Shown: positions 14,839-24,903 of the stretch, in pieces
Layout of the letters: each line of letters opens with the position of its first letter
Numbering within the stretch: the stretch's first letter is position 1
DNA from: Candidatus Gallacutalibacter pullicola
GTDB taxonomy: Bacteria; Bacillota; Clostridia; Oscillospirales; Acutalibacteraceae
Direction: 5' to 3'
NCBI GenBank assembly: GCA_018712265.1
Contig: DVHF01000080.1
Location: 855 to 64,854, forward strand
Length of the DNA: 64,000 bases
Program-made: the position numbers and the translations under genes
Notes under the pieces: generated by a model
What the model was told of the DNA's origin: nothing
Databases searched by the model: none
Seen by the model: the letters and a program-made list of their open reading frames with translations, nothing else

Positions 14839-15783
14839 TTAGCCCTGGACTGCCTTTTTGACAACCGCTTCGATGTTGGACGCGCACAGGCCGTAATGCT
14901 TGAGAAGCTCAAGTGCCGCACCGGAATGTCCAAACTCATCGTTCATGCCGATCTTGATCACAGGGGTCGGGCACTCCTCACAGAGCGCACTGCATACGGC
15001 GTCGCCAAGGCCGCCGATCACATTGTGCTCCTCAACCGTGATGATCTTACCGGTCTCGCGGGCCGCCTTGAGGATCAGCTCCTTATCGAGCGGCTTAATG
15101 GTATGGATATTGATCAGGCGGGCATGGATCCCCTGCTCCTCCAGCGACTTGACAGCCTTCAGCGATTCGCTCACCATCAGGCCCGTTGCAACAACGGTGA
15201 TATCGTTGCCATCGTGGAGCGTGATGCCCTTGCCCAGCTCAAATTTGTAGTCGTCGTTATTGTTGAAGCTTTCAAACGCCAGCCGTCCCAGACGGAGATA
15301 TACCGGGCCTTCATACTCGATGGCGGCGCGGACAGCAGCCTTCGTCTCATAATGATCAGCCGGGTTGATAATCACCATGCCGGGCAGGGAGCGCATCAGC
15401 GCGATATCCTCGTTGCACTGGTGGGTCGCGCCGTCCTCACCGACGGAGACGCCCGCGTGCGTGCCGACGATCTTCACGTTCAGGTGCGGATAGGCGATGG
15501 AATTGCGCACCTGCTCGAACGCGCGGCCCGCGGAGAACATTGCGAACGACGCCGCGAACGGGATTTTTCCGCAGGATGCGAGGCCCGCAGCCACGCCCAT
15601 CATATTGGATTCTGCGATGCCGCAGTCAATAAAGCGATCAGGATGCGCCTTTTTGAAAACGCCGGTTTTCGTTGCCGCCGCAAGGTCAGCATCCAGCACA
15701 ACCACCTGGGGATATTCGTTTGCAAGCTCCGATACTGCTTCGCCGAAGCTTTCTCTTGTCGCTTTTTTCACCATCTCTGCCAT
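14839..15783 (-). CDS. transketolase, C-terminal (pyrimidine-binding) subunit
   Basis: 314 aa with motifs FIDCGIAESNMMGVAAGLA and GPVYLRLGR. Overlaps the upstream subunit gene. Confidence 0.9.
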   Translation of the reverse strand: MAEMVKKATRESFGEAVSELANEYPQVVVLDADLAAATKTGVFKKAHPDRFIDCGIAESNMMGVAAGLASCGKIPFAASFAMFSAGRAFEQVRNSIAYPHLNVKIVGTHAGVSVGEDGATHQCNEDIALMRSLPGMVIINPADHYETKAAVRAAIEYEGPVYLRLGRLAFESFNNNDDYKFELGKGITLHDGNDITVVATGLMVSESLKAVKSLEEQGIHARLINIHTIKPLDKELILKAARETGKIITVEEHNVIGGLGDAVCSALCEECPTPVIKIGMNDEFGHSGAALELLKHYGLCASNIEAVVKKAVQG

Positions 15784-16628
15784 TATTCTGCCTCCAATCC
15801 TGCCAGACGCTTATTGAGCTCCTCCATCGCGGTCTGATACTGCTCCGCGTTCGGGGCGGTTCCGTGCCAGCCAACCTGGTTCTCCATGAAGGAGACGTCC
15901 TTGCCCTTGACGGTCTTGGCAATGATGACGCTGGGCTTGCCCTTGACAGTTTTGGCGTGCTCAAAAGCGGCTTCGATGGCATCAAAATCGTGCCCATCGA
16001 TCACCTGTACGTCAAACCGGAACGCGCGGAACTTCTCGTCAATCGGTTCCGGACCGCCGACCTCTTCGACGGGGCCGTCGATCTGCAGGCCGTTGTTGTC
16101 CACGATCAGGCACAGGTTATCCAGCTTCTTATGGCCTGCGAACATCGCGGCCTCCCAAACCTGACCTTCTTCGATCTCGCCGTCGCCGAGCATGGAATAC
16201 ACGCGGTAATCCTTGCCGTCGAGCTTTCCGGCGAGCGCGATCCCGCAGGCAGCGGAAACGCCCTGTCCGAGCGATCCGGAGCTCATATCAATACCGGGGA
16301 TCGTCTTCATATCCGGATGGCCCTGAAGCAGCGCACCCAGATGGCGCAGGCTCTTGAGCTCCTCCGCGGAAAAATAGCCGCGCTCCGCAAGGGCGGCGTA
16401 CAGGCCGGGGCAGCAGTGGCCCTTGGAGAGGACAAAGCGGTCCCTGTCGGGATCATGGGGATTGCTGGGATCGATATTCATTTCCTTGAAATAGAGGTAG
16501 GAATAGAGATCCGCGGCGGAAAGCGAGCCGCCGGGATGTCCGGATTTCGCGTGGAAAGTCCCTTCAATGACGCCCATCCTGATTTTACAAGCCTTGATTT
16601 TGAGATTTTTCTTCTCTGCCTTTTCCAT
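15783..16628 (-). CDS. transketolase, N-terminal (TPP-binding) subunit
   Basis: 281 aa with motifs SGHPGGSLS, GSLGQG and GDGEIEEGQVWEA. Confidence 0.9.
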   Translation of the reverse strand: MEKAEKKNLKIKACKIRMGVIEGTFHAKSGHPGGSLSAADLYSYLYFKEMNIDPSNPHDPDRDRFVLSKGHCCPGLYAALAERGYFSAEELKSLRHLGALLQGHPDMKTIPGIDMSSGSLGQGVSAACGIALAGKLDGKDYRVYSMLGDGEIEEGQVWEAAMFAGHKKLDNLCLIVDNNGLQIDGPVEEVGGPEPIDEKFRAFRFDVQVIDGHDFDAIEAAFEHAKTVKGKPSVIIAKTVKGKDVSFMENQVGWHGTAPNAEQYQTAMEELNKRLAGLEAE

Positions 16629-16821
16629 AGATCTCCCTTTCTTCCGGCGATATGTCGTATTTGAAAACGGGGACGCCCCTCCGCCGGACAGCGGCTTCCC
16701 TGACGTAAGATCCCCACTTGCGGAATCTGCGCTTTGTCCTTTTAATCATACCACACGACGGCAAGAAAATCTACCATCTATACAAAATTATTAAAAAAAA
16801 CGCGCGAATCTTTTGAAAATA

Positions 16822-16859
16822 CATAGCAAAACAGCCGCTCCCGTTCCGAGAGCGGCTGT
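16822..16859 (-). terminator. rho-independent terminator after the FtsX permease gene
   Basis: Stem ACAGCCGCTC (16831-16840) pairs with GAGCGGCTGT (16850-16859), followed on the minus strand by TTTTGCTATG. Confidence 0.6.
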
Positions 16860-16966
16860 CAGGGGCAAATCTTTTGTCAGACAACATACGGAGCTTTCCG
16901 GGATATTGGAGCCATATCCCGATGAGAAAAGACCGGCCAATCGTTGCAAATTCGTTTGGACAGAAC

Positions 16967-18307
16967 CTATTCCTGATGGATGGCAGACAGCGCGCTGATC
17001 CGCACGGCGCGGTTCGCGGGGTACAGTCCGGCGATCAGGCCGATAAGCGTAGCGAACAGGATCGCGCCCACGATCAGCCACGGCGGGATAATGGAAAGCT
17101 GTCCGCCTCCGCCCATCCCCATTCCGAACATACCGCCCAGACCGCCGCCGTCTCCGGAGAAGGTGTTTGCGGCATAGGACACGCCTTCGCTCAGGATAAC
17201 GCCGATCACGCCGCCCATAAAGCCGATCGCCGCGGCCTCCATCAGAAACATTGTACGGATGTTCCCGATCCGGCAGCCGATCACCTTCATCACGCCAATC
17301 TCCTTGGTGCGCTCATAAATGGACATCGTCATGGTGTTGATGATGCCGAACGCTGCCACCAGAAGCGACACGGCGCCGATCCCTCCGAGGAACAGCTGCA
17401 TTGTCCGCGACTGCTCCTCAAGCGGCTTGCGGATCGATTCCATGCTGCTCGTATTAAAGCCGTAGGACTGGATGACCTCCTCTACTGCTGCAACCGAGGA
17501 CATATCATCCGTTTTTACAATTACCTGCGTATAGGATTCCTTTTTAGAGGGATCCTCCTTCACGTTATTTGCCTTGTTATATTCCTTCTGCAGAGCCTTT
17601 ACATCCTTGATATCCATAAAAACGCCGTAGGGCGAAGGGTTTTTGCTCCAGTCCTCGGCCATGATGCCGATGCACGTTGCTTTTACAGGCTTGACCTTTT
17701 TATTGGTATCTCCGTTCACCTGCACTTCGATCTCCAGCTTATCCTCCATCGGGTTTACATAGGGATCCGGGAGGTTCCCGTTCGCGTCCGGCATCATGCT
17801 GATCCAGCCGTTGCGTTTCTTGGGATTGTAAAAATCGTAGGCGGCAGTCGCGCCAAACAGCAGCGTATAGGAAGGGGTATCCGTTCCGGAGGGGAGCTGC
17901 CCCTCCGTCACCTGATAGCCCAGTGATTCCAGTGCTTCAAAATTCACGCCGGTGATCTGCCCGTTATATTCATATTTGCCGCTGGTGATTTTGAAATTCC
18001 CATAAGAATATTGAACAGGCGTAACTGCGGCAACGTGCTCAATCTCTTTGAATTTTTCAATCATTGCATCGTCAAGAGGATCTGAGTCTGTCCCCTGATT
18101 CGTTCCGTAGTTGTTGACGTTGATCACGGTCAAATCGCCCATGCCCTCGAGCATGGTATCCATGCTCTGCTTGATGCCCAGGCCGAGCGAAACCATCACC
18201 ACGATCGCGCACGTACCGATAATTACGCCCGTAACGGTCAGCATTGTGCGCACCTTACGCTTGAACAGGTTTCCCAGACTCATGAGGATCATGTCAGTAA
18301 ACTTCAT
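16967..18307 (-). CDS. ABC transporter permease, FtsX/MacB type
   Basis: 446 aa. An N-terminal TM segment, a large extracytoplasmic domain and a C-terminal FtsX-like 3-TM bundle are present. Confidence 0.85.
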   Translation of the reverse strand: MKFTDMILMSLGNLFKRKVRTMLTVTGVIIGTCAIVVMVSLGLGIKQSMDTMLEGMGDLTVINVNNYGTNQGTDSDPLDDAMIEKFKEIEHVAAVTPVQYSYGNFKITSGKYEYNGQITGVNFEALESLGYQVTEGQLPSGTDTPSYTLLFGATAAYDFYNPKKRNGWISMMPDANGNLPDPYVNPMEDKLEIEVQVNGDTNKKVKPVKATCIGIMAEDWSKNPSPYGVFMDIKDVKALQKEYNKANNVKEDPSKKESYTQVIVKTDDMSSVAAVEEVIQSYGFNTSSMESIRKPLEEQSRTMQLFLGGIGAVSLLVAAFGIINTMTMSIYERTKEIGVMKVIGCRIGNIRTMFLMEAAAIGFMGGVIGVILSEGVSYAANTFSGDGGGLGGMFGMGMGGGGQLSIIPPWLIVGAILFATLIGLIAGLYPANRAVRISALSAIHQE

Positions 18308-18310
18308 GGA

Positions 18311-20566
18311 TCAGACCCCCTCGTCGTCATCCTCCAGATCCAGCATAGCCTGCCGCTTTTTGCGGATCTTCCGGATCACGATAACCGCTGCAACCAGCAG
18401 GACCGCGCAGCCTCCGCCGATCGCCCATTTTGCCCAGCCGGGCAGACCGCCCGATTCCTCCGGAAGCGGCTCCACAGGCATATCCGTCCCAGGATCGTCA
18501 TAGGTGGGCATTTCCATAACCTCACAGGAAAATTCCTTTTCCACACTCTTGGCGTTGCCGTCCGGCCCCTCATAGGTGAAGATCGCCTTTCCGGTGATGG
18601 TGCCGGGGGCCTCGGGATTGAGCGTGGTATCAAAGGAATCGCTGTTTCCGGATTCGACATTGCCGATATAGGTATCCATATCGCCGCTTGTGAAGTTCTC
18701 CCCCTCCAGCTTGACGGAGAGATTATACACAGAGCTCTTTCCCATATTGACATACGAGATACTCAGTGACGCGGAATCGCCCATATAAACAGGGCCGCTG
18801 AGAACCACGTCGGAAACCTCAAAGCGGTCCGGCTGCGTCAGCGGGATGGAGATAGTCTCCTCGTCGCTGAGCTCCTGACGTGCGTTGTTGAGCACTGCTT
18901 CATATTTATAGCTGATGCGCACGCCGTACGATTTCGGCGACGCGTCGGCTTTGGGATACAGCGCAATCTCGCGGCTGAATGTTTCGCCGGGACCTATCCG
19001 CTCGATGAAGAATGTATTGGAGGATTTGGCCGGAGTGAAGGCAGCCACATCGGTATCGCTTTCCGACGCGGGATTGCCGACCGTCATCTTCATGTTTTCG
19101 ATAGCGGTTTCGCGGCTGGTGTTGCGGAAGGTCATTTTCAAAGTGAACTCCTGACCGCCCACCACTGACATTCCGCCGTAATCGTAGCTTTCAATGATGA
19201 TCTGCGGCTTGCTGGCGTTCGATTTATCGTCCTCGGACGCTTTCGTGCCCTGTATCGGGACAAAGATTTTGGCGCTGATGCTCTGTGCCGATGACGTTCC
19301 CTCCGACGTGGATTCCGAGCCATCCGCCGCCACATTTACACCGATTTCGTAGGAGCCTGTTTCCATGCTGTCGTTGGCACGCAGCTTGAAAGTGACCGTC
19401 TGGCTTTCGCCTTCCTTGATAGTGGGGATTGTCTGCATATTGAGCATCCCGTCGGTGGTGAGGCTCTGTGTGGAAAGCCCTTCCAGAGAAACTGTGACGT
19501 TGTTATAAGCGGAATCGTCGCGGTTCACGATTGTGACGGAAAGCTGGAAGCTCTCGCCTTCCTTGATCTGCGGGCGGTCAAGCTTATAGGAATCGATCAG
19601 CAGCTTGCCGTTGCCCTCCTGGGATCCGTCGGCCTCCAGCACACGGATATACGCCGTCACTTCATCGGTCTTGACGGAAACATTGACGGAGTTGTCATAT
19701 TTGTAGCTGATTTTGAGCGGGATTCCATAAACGCCGTCCTTGAGATTCTTTTCGGCCGTCAGATTCAGGGCAAGCATCTGCGGCTCATTGTTATTGAAAA
19801 TCATCTGATAGGTCGCGCCGGGAGATGCGAACGACAGTCCCTCCGGCAAAGCCCCAACGCTGATCTGTGTGGATCCCACTCCGCCAAACATCAGGCTGCA
19901 CTTGATGGGAATATTGACCTGCGCCGTTGTTCCCGCCTGAATCTGAGGCATTTCGGCATCCTGCGGCACAACGAACACTGTGCCGATCGGATCGATCGGT
20001 TCGTCCTCGTCGTCATCGTTGCTGCTGGTGCTTTCCTTTTTTACGCACTCGGGAATGGTTTTGGTAACATACATAGGTTTGGAATATCCCTCTACACCTT
20101 CATATGTAATTTCAAATGTAATTTTTGCTGTTCCAGAACCGGAATATTCCAGAACATCCTCTGGAATATATACGTTATATTGAAACTTTTTATAGGTTTC
20201 CGCATCCTCGGAATCCGTCGTTGCATACGCCTTAAATTTGTTTAAATCATCATCCACAGTAATGTTTTGCGTATTAGTATTTTTTTTGCGTTCTGTATCG
20301 CTCTCTTTCTTTTTTGTTGGTAATGCCACAACTGTTACATCAAATTCCTTTCTATCGGTTTCAATATAATGTTCAAATGTAACGTCCATAGAAAAGTTCA
20401 TCGCTCCAACCACGTTTGTGGGGGATAAACTGTATTCTTTCACCATAGGGGTATTTGAAATCGTTACCGCCGACGCCATAAATGATGGAATCATTGTGCA
20501 TAAAACGGCTATGGTGAGACAAAGCGACAATAATTTTATAATCCCGTGTTTCCCTCTCTTGATCAT
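18311..20566 (-). CDS. large secreted, membrane-anchored multi-domain surface protein (CARDB/COG1361-like beta-sandwich repeats)
   Basis: 751 aa with a signal peptide and a C-terminal TM anchor followed by a KKRQ tail. Repeated modules end in ...VNRDDSAYNNVTVSLEG and ...VNMGKSSVYNLSVKLEG. Confidence 0.7.
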   Translation of the reverse strand: MIKRGKHGIIKLLSLCLTIAVLCTMIPSFMASAVTISNTPMVKEYSLSPTNVVGAMNFSMDVTFEHYIETDRKEFDVTVVALPTKKKESDTERKKNTNTQNITVDDDLNKFKAYATTDSEDAETYKKFQYNVYIPEDVLEYSGSGTAKITFEITYEGVEGYSKPMYVTKTIPECVKKESTSSNDDDEDEPIDPIGTVFVVPQDAEMPQIQAGTTAQVNIPIKCSLMFGGVGSTQISVGALPEGLSFASPGATYQMIFNNNEPQMLALNLTAEKNLKDGVYGIPLKISYKYDNSVNVSVKTDEVTAYIRVLEADGSQEGNGKLLIDSYKLDRPQIKEGESFQLSVTIVNRDDSAYNNVTVSLEGLSTQSLTTDGMLNMQTIPTIKEGESQTVTFKLRANDSMETGSYEIGVNVAADGSESTSEGTSSAQSISAKIFVPIQGTKASEDDKSNASKPQIIIESYDYGGMSVVGGQEFTLKMTFRNTSRETAIENMKMTVGNPASESDTDVAAFTPAKSSNTFFIERIGPGETFSREIALYPKADASPKSYGVRISYKYEAVLNNARQELSDEETISIPLTQPDRFEVSDVVLSGPVYMGDSASLSISYVNMGKSSVYNLSVKLEGENFTSGDMDTYIGNVESGNSDSFDTTLNPEAPGTITGKAIFTYEGPDGNAKSVEKEFSCEVMEMPTYDDPGTDMPVEPLPEESGGLPGWAKWAIGGGCAVLLVAAVIVIRKIRKKRQAMLDLEDDDEGV

Positions 20567-21345
20567 GTTTTATTCCCTCCTGCTTCTGACGTGGGTTCCC
20601 GCTGCGGCTGCTCTGACTGCTGCGGCTGCGGGGGTTCCTCCCCTTCCGCGGGGAGGATGGATATATTTTTCTGATCGCTGCGCACATCGCCGTCAATCAG
20701 GGTGACGATCCGGTCCGCATATTCCGCAATTTCCGGATCGTGCGTTACGATAATCAGGGTTTCGTGGTATTTGCGGGCCATCTTCACCATGATTTCCATA
20801 ACATCCTTTGTGGTGTGGGTATCGAGGTTCCCGGTCGGCTCGTCGGCAAAGACGATCTTGGGCTTTGCGACGAACGCACGGGCAATCCCGACACGCTGCT
20901 GCTGTCCGCCGGACATCTGGGTGGGCTTGTGGTGCATCCGCTTCTGGAGCTGCACAGCCTTGAGCATCTTGATAGCTTCCTTTGTCCGGATTTTTTTGGA
21001 GACGCCGCGGAACATCAGCGGCATTGCGACGTTTTCAATCGCAGTCTGCGTGGGCATCAGGTTATACGACTGGAACACGAAGCCTACGTTTTTCTGGCGG
21101 AACAGCGCCAGCTGCTTTTCAGAAAGCTTCGCAATATTGACTCCCCCAATCAGGATATCGCCTTTCGTGGGGCGTTCCAGTCCGGCCATCACGTTCAGCA
21201 GGGTGGATTTTCCGGAACCGGAGGTTCCCAAAATACAGCAGATCTCCCCCTGCTCTATGCTCAGTGTGACATGATTCAGCGCCACAATCTTCTCTTTTCC
21301 CACGCGATAAACCTTTCTGACGTTTTTGACTTCAACAAGGCTCAT
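20563..21345 (-). CDS. ABC transporter ATP-binding protein (MacB/LolD-like)
   Basis: Walker A GTSGSGKST, signature SGGQQQRV and Walker B IVFADEPT. Start set to the ATG at 21345, which follows GGAGA. The longer tracked ORF has no RBS. Confidence 0.9.
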   Translation of the reverse strand: MSLVEVKNVRKVYRVGKEKIVALNHVTLSIEQGEICCILGTSGSGKSTLLNVMAGLERPTKGDILIGGVNIAKLSEKQLALFRQKNVGFVFQSYNLMPTQTAIENVAMPLMFRGVSKKIRTKEAIKMLKAVQLQKRMHHKPTQMSGGQQQRVGIARAFVAKPKIVFADEPTGNLDTHTTKDVMEIMVKMARKYHETLIIVTHDPEIAEYADRIVTLIDGDVRSDQKNISILPAEGEEPPQPQQSEQPQREPTSEAGGNKT

Positions 21346-21696
21346 CCCATCTCCCCTTTCTCTTTCCCTGGGGATCCCGTCCCCAATCCCTGACCCGGGC
21401 AGGATCCCTCCCTGCCGTCCGGCAATATCCGCAGGGTGCAGAAAGCTCTTTCCCTGAAACGGCGGGAAAAGCTTTTCTGTTTTACAAGCGGATCGCCGCC
21501 CTCTGCCCGAGAGCATACTAAGCTGTAAATCCATTATACAGGATTTTTTTCTCTTTTTCTTCGTAATACGCAAATTTCGAGTTTGTAATAAATCCGGAAA
21601 TTACGATGCCGCAGCAGTTGATTTTCGCGGAAAAAAGTGTAAACTGGAAATACGGTCTCACCACGGCCGGAAATCAATCGGAAAGGGTTGTCCATT

Positions 21697-22278
21697 ATGA
21701 AGCTTTCCTACCGTTTTGCCAATCCCGGGGACGCAGCCGCACTTTTAAAAATATATGCGCCCTATGTGGAAAATACGTCCATCACATTTGAATATGACGT
21801 GCCCTCAGAGGAAGAATTCGCGCGCCGGATCCAATCTGTAACGGAACGTTTCCCGTGGATTCTCTGTGAGGACGAGGGGATCCCGATCGGCTACGCGTAT
21901 GCGTCTCCGGCGTTCACCCGTGCAGCATACCAATGGGATGCGGAGCTTTCCATTTATATCGACAGGCGATATCACCGCAGCGGGATCGCCTCCCGTCTGG
22001 AGGACATGATCTCCGCCCTGCTGACGGAACAGGGCTTCCACCATCTGTATTCCCGCGTAACTACACCGAACGACGCGAGCATTGGGTTTCATAAGGCACG
22101 GGGCTTTCAGGAGATTGGCGTATACCGGAATACCGGCTTCAAGCTGGGCGGCTGGCACGATGTGATCGCCCTGGAAAAAGATCTTCTTCCCTGCCGATCC
22201 GATCAATCTCCCGCGCCGACGAAACCCCTTACCTTATTAGACGGAAAAACCATCCAAAAAGTTTTCCAAACAGAATAA
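21697..22278 (+). CDS. GNAT family N-acetyltransferase (phosphinothricin/MSO acetyltransferase-like)
   Basis: Contains IYAPYVENTSITFEYDVPSEEEF and an RRYHRSGIA acetyl-CoA site. The ATG at 21697 follows GAAAGGG. Confidence 0.85.
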   Translation: MKLSYRFANPGDAAALLKIYAPYVENTSITFEYDVPSEEEFARRIQSVTERFPWILCEDEGIPIGYAYASPAFTRAAYQWDAELSIYIDRRYHRSGIASRLEDMISALLTEQGFHHLYSRVTTPNDASIGFHKARGFQEIGVYRNTGFKLGGWHDVIALEKDLLPCRSDQSPAPTKPLTLLDGKTIQKVFQTE

Positions 22279-22397
22279 TTTTATGAAAAGAAGTATTCTG
22301 CAGGGGGACGCGGTGTGATCCGTTTACAAAAATGATTGCGGGCGGTAAAAATGACAAATCTGTAATATCTGTATTATTTCAATTAGTACAGTTGAGG

Positions 22398-22430
22398 TAT
22401 AAAAACCCCGCGGAAACCGGATTTCCGCGG
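22398..22430 (-). terminator. terminator after the transglutaminase-like gene
   Basis: Stem CCGCGGAAA pairs with TTTCCGCGG, followed on the minus strand by GGTTTTTATA. A second hairpin lies at 22443-22468. Confidence 0.5.
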
Positions 22431-22583
22431 AATTCGGAAAGCAGGGCCTTCCTTTTATGGAAGGCCCTTATGCTGTCAAAGAGCCATTTTTAATAACGTC
22501 TGTTCTTTCGCTCCGGACGGCGCCCTGTCTGCATTTCTTTTTTAAAGGCAGGCAGAACTCCATCCTTTTGCAATTTCCGGATC

Positions 22584-23798
22584 TTATGCGGCATTGGCAA
22601 GCGCAGCAGCCTCCTGCACCTGAATATCGATCATTTGCAGGCCGCCCTGCGGCGTTGTTACAAGAATGGTAGCTTCGCCGGGCGAAACCAGATTGACCGT
22701 ATAGAGCCACCCGCGCGGATCGTTTGCATTCGTGAGCGTTACCGTGGCGACCTCCGGATTTGACGAAACCACTGTCTGCACAATACTCTGTGAATTCATC
22801 GAGGCGATAAACTGATACTGCGATCCTGCCGTGCCGGAAACCGTCTGTGTATCAAGCTTCAGCTCCGAAATATCGTCTTCAAACGACGTTTCCATCACGG
22901 ACCAGTCAAAGCTGTCGTACTGGCGGTTGGAGGCGAGGGGCGCAGTGGTATCCCAGCGGTAGTGGCGGTTTTCAGCATCGCGGATGCGGGCGTCGCTGAC
23001 CATAAAGGCGTTATAGTAGATCCTGCCCGGCACATCCGGAACCGGATCGTCCCAGGTTGCGTCCACATGGTACCACTGCCCGTCGATCTGCACCATATTC
23101 CAGGCGTGGTTCATCGCCTCGCTTGAGACGAAAATGCTGTTGATATTCAGGCGGTTCATGAACAGCTGGAACGCCAGCGCATAGCCCTGACACACCGCCT
23201 TGCCCTCTACCAGCGCGCCGTACGGGGAAAAGCTTATCCGGGAAGATGTTTCCTCGTTGAGGGCTTCCTCGTCATAGGCGACCGTCTGCACGAGGTAATC
23301 ATGCACCAGCTTCACCTTCTGCAAATCGGACATCGTCATATCGATACGCGCCACCAACGCGTTTACAATCTCATCCACCATCCGTCCGTGGGCAAGAATT
23401 TCTTCCTGCGTCCCGTCGTATGTAAAACGGACATACATGACGCGCTCGGTCACCCGGTTCATGGCGTATGTATAAGTATCTGTTTCCATTGCCTGCGGAT
23501 AATCAGACGGGATCACGATATTGAAAAGCGTTTTCAGCTGCGGGACCGTCAGATCGTATGCGCTCACATCCACATATTCCTCTCCGGCAAGCATAGCCGA
23601 CGCAAGGGCGTCCCGGGCCTGGGCCGCATTTTCCGTGAGCATAATATTGGAATAGCCATAACTGCTGATTTCCGAATGATACTCCGTAATGACGCCGGAG
23701 GACGCGGTATTCTCCGCTGCGGACACTGGCGCCACTGTAAAGGTGAACACCATAACAAGGGAAATCGCTGCGCTGATCCATCTTTTTATTTTTCCCAT
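22584..23798 (-). CDS. secreted transglutaminase-like protein with a C-terminal Ig-like (Big_2-type) domain
   Basis: Signal peptide is present. The Cys-His-Asp core is seen in AVCQGYA...NHAWNMV...HVDATWDD. Confidence 0.75.
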   Translation of the reverse strand: MGKIKRWISAAISLVMVFTFTVAPVSAAENTASSGVITEYHSEISSYGYSNIMLTENAAQARDALASAMLAGEEYVDVSAYDLTVPQLKTLFNIVIPSDYPQAMETDTYTYAMNRVTERVMYVRFTYDGTQEEILAHGRMVDEIVNALVARIDMTMSDLQKVKLVHDYLVQTVAYDEEALNEETSSRISFSPYGALVEGKAVCQGYALAFQLFMNRLNINSIFVSSEAMNHAWNMVQIDGQWYHVDATWDDPVPDVPGRIYYNAFMVSDARIRDAENRHYRWDTTAPLASNRQYDSFDWSVMETSFEDDISELKLDTQTVSGTAGSQYQFIASMNSQSIVQTVVSSNPEVATVTLTNANDPRGWLYTVNLVSPGEATILVTTPQGGLQMIDIQVQEAAALANAA

Positions 23799-24078
23799 TT
23801 TGTTCCTCCTGCTTTCTCAAGAATTTTATTGACTTTATTTTACGCTGTTTTCCGGCCCCTGTAAAGAAACAATTCCGTAATTTTTCCACCGCCGCCTGCC
23901 GAAAAAATGAGGCTTGACCCCTATTTTATTCTACTAGTTTGTTATGACTAAAATATGGATAAAAAGTGAAATTTTATACAAGCAGGAATAAACAGGCAAA
24001 AAGATACGCTTTTCCGTCATCCCAAAAGCTATGTAGCCACCGCCGGAGGGCGGTGGCCTGATGAGAGAGTTCCCTTTG

Positions 24079-24462
24079 CTACATCGTGACAACAGCTTCG
24101 CAGCAGCGGAAGTCGGTGTCAATATTGTGGGCAATAAATCTGGCTTTAAAATTGCGGGGATTGCACAGTCTCCGTGCGGAACCGCCGGATACGTCCAGAT
24201 CCTCAGGGACAACAAACTTGATGCACTTCACCAGCACATCGCGGCAGGTGGCGAAAATAATGTCGATGAACGTTTTCGCCCCGGCCTTCATGCTGGCCAG
24301 CGGCACCCCTCTCATACTGCCGGAGCAGTCGAGCACCAGGGCGATATCTGTGGGGTTGGAAACGATGTCGGGAGCAGCCGTAAGCGCCAGTGTGACCTTT
24401 AACGATCCATCGCAGGCGATGCTGTCCACATCGATTATCTTATTGGAATTTGTAATACCCAT
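24079..24462 (-). CDS. von Willebrand factor A (MIDAS DxSxS) domain protein, apparently truncated
   Basis: Contains DIALVLDCSGSMRG...AKTFIDII, followed by an unrelated Cys-rich tail. It is only 127 aa, whereas a full vWA fold is about 200 aa. AAGGGGG RBS precedes the ATG at 24462. Confidence 0.5.
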   Translation of the reverse strand: MGITNSNKIIDVDSIACDGSLKVTLALTAAPDIVSNPTDIALVLDCSGSMRGVPLASMKAGAKTFIDIIFATCRDVLVKCIKFVVPEDLDVSGGSARRLCNPRNFKARFIAHNIDTDFRCCEAVVTM

Positions 24463-24603
24463 CTGTATTACCCCCTTCTGAGGCAACGCCTTATCACAGT
24501 CTATGCGCCTGTGACAGCGGGTGACACGGTGAATTTTTCATAAGTTCTGCATGATAAAATACGCTGTTTGCGGTTTCTCTGAAGGAAAATTTATGTTCCT
24601 GTC

Positions 24604-24903
24604 TCAGCCGTTTGCCCGGCTTGCTTTGTAGGCCGTTCCCCACTGCTCCATTGCGTCCATGATCGGCCGCATGGACTCCCCCAGTTCACTGAGGGCATAT
24701 TCCACTCTGGGCGGCACCTCCGGATACACTGTGCGCGTGATGATTCCGTTCTCCTCCATAGAGCGCAGGCTGTCTGTCAGCACCTTCTGGCTGATGCCCT
24801 CCAAATCCCTGCGCAGCTCATTGAACCGCCACGGACGCACAAGGAGATTGCGCATAATCAGCAGCTTCCATTTGCTTCCTATCAGCTCCACCGTCGTCGC
24901 CAC
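24604..24903 (-). CDS. HxlR family transcriptional regulator
   Basis: IGSKWKLLIMRNL...RFNELRR...ISQKVLTDSLRSMEENGII is the HxlR winged helix. The only available start is a GTG that lies after the conserved CP residues. Confidence 0.75.
   Translation of the reverse strand: MATTVELIGSKWKLLIMRNLLVRPWRFNELRRDLEGISQKVLTDSLRSMEENGIITRTVYPEVPPRVEYALSELGESMRPIMDAMEQWGTAYKASRANG

Noticed and set aside
14896-16664. Plus-strand ORFs of 313 aa and 330 aa
   Set aside because: They are antisense to the two transketolase subunit genes, which carry unmistakable TPP-enzyme motifs.
20563-21573. Tracked N-terminal extensions of several ORFs: 21573 (ABC ATPase), 30709 and 52157 (response regulators), 41703, 39644, 47294 and 62795
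   Set aside because: The extensions have no RBS and run through non-coding or repeat DNA. They precede internal starts that have strong Shine-Dalgarno sequences and canonical family N-termini.
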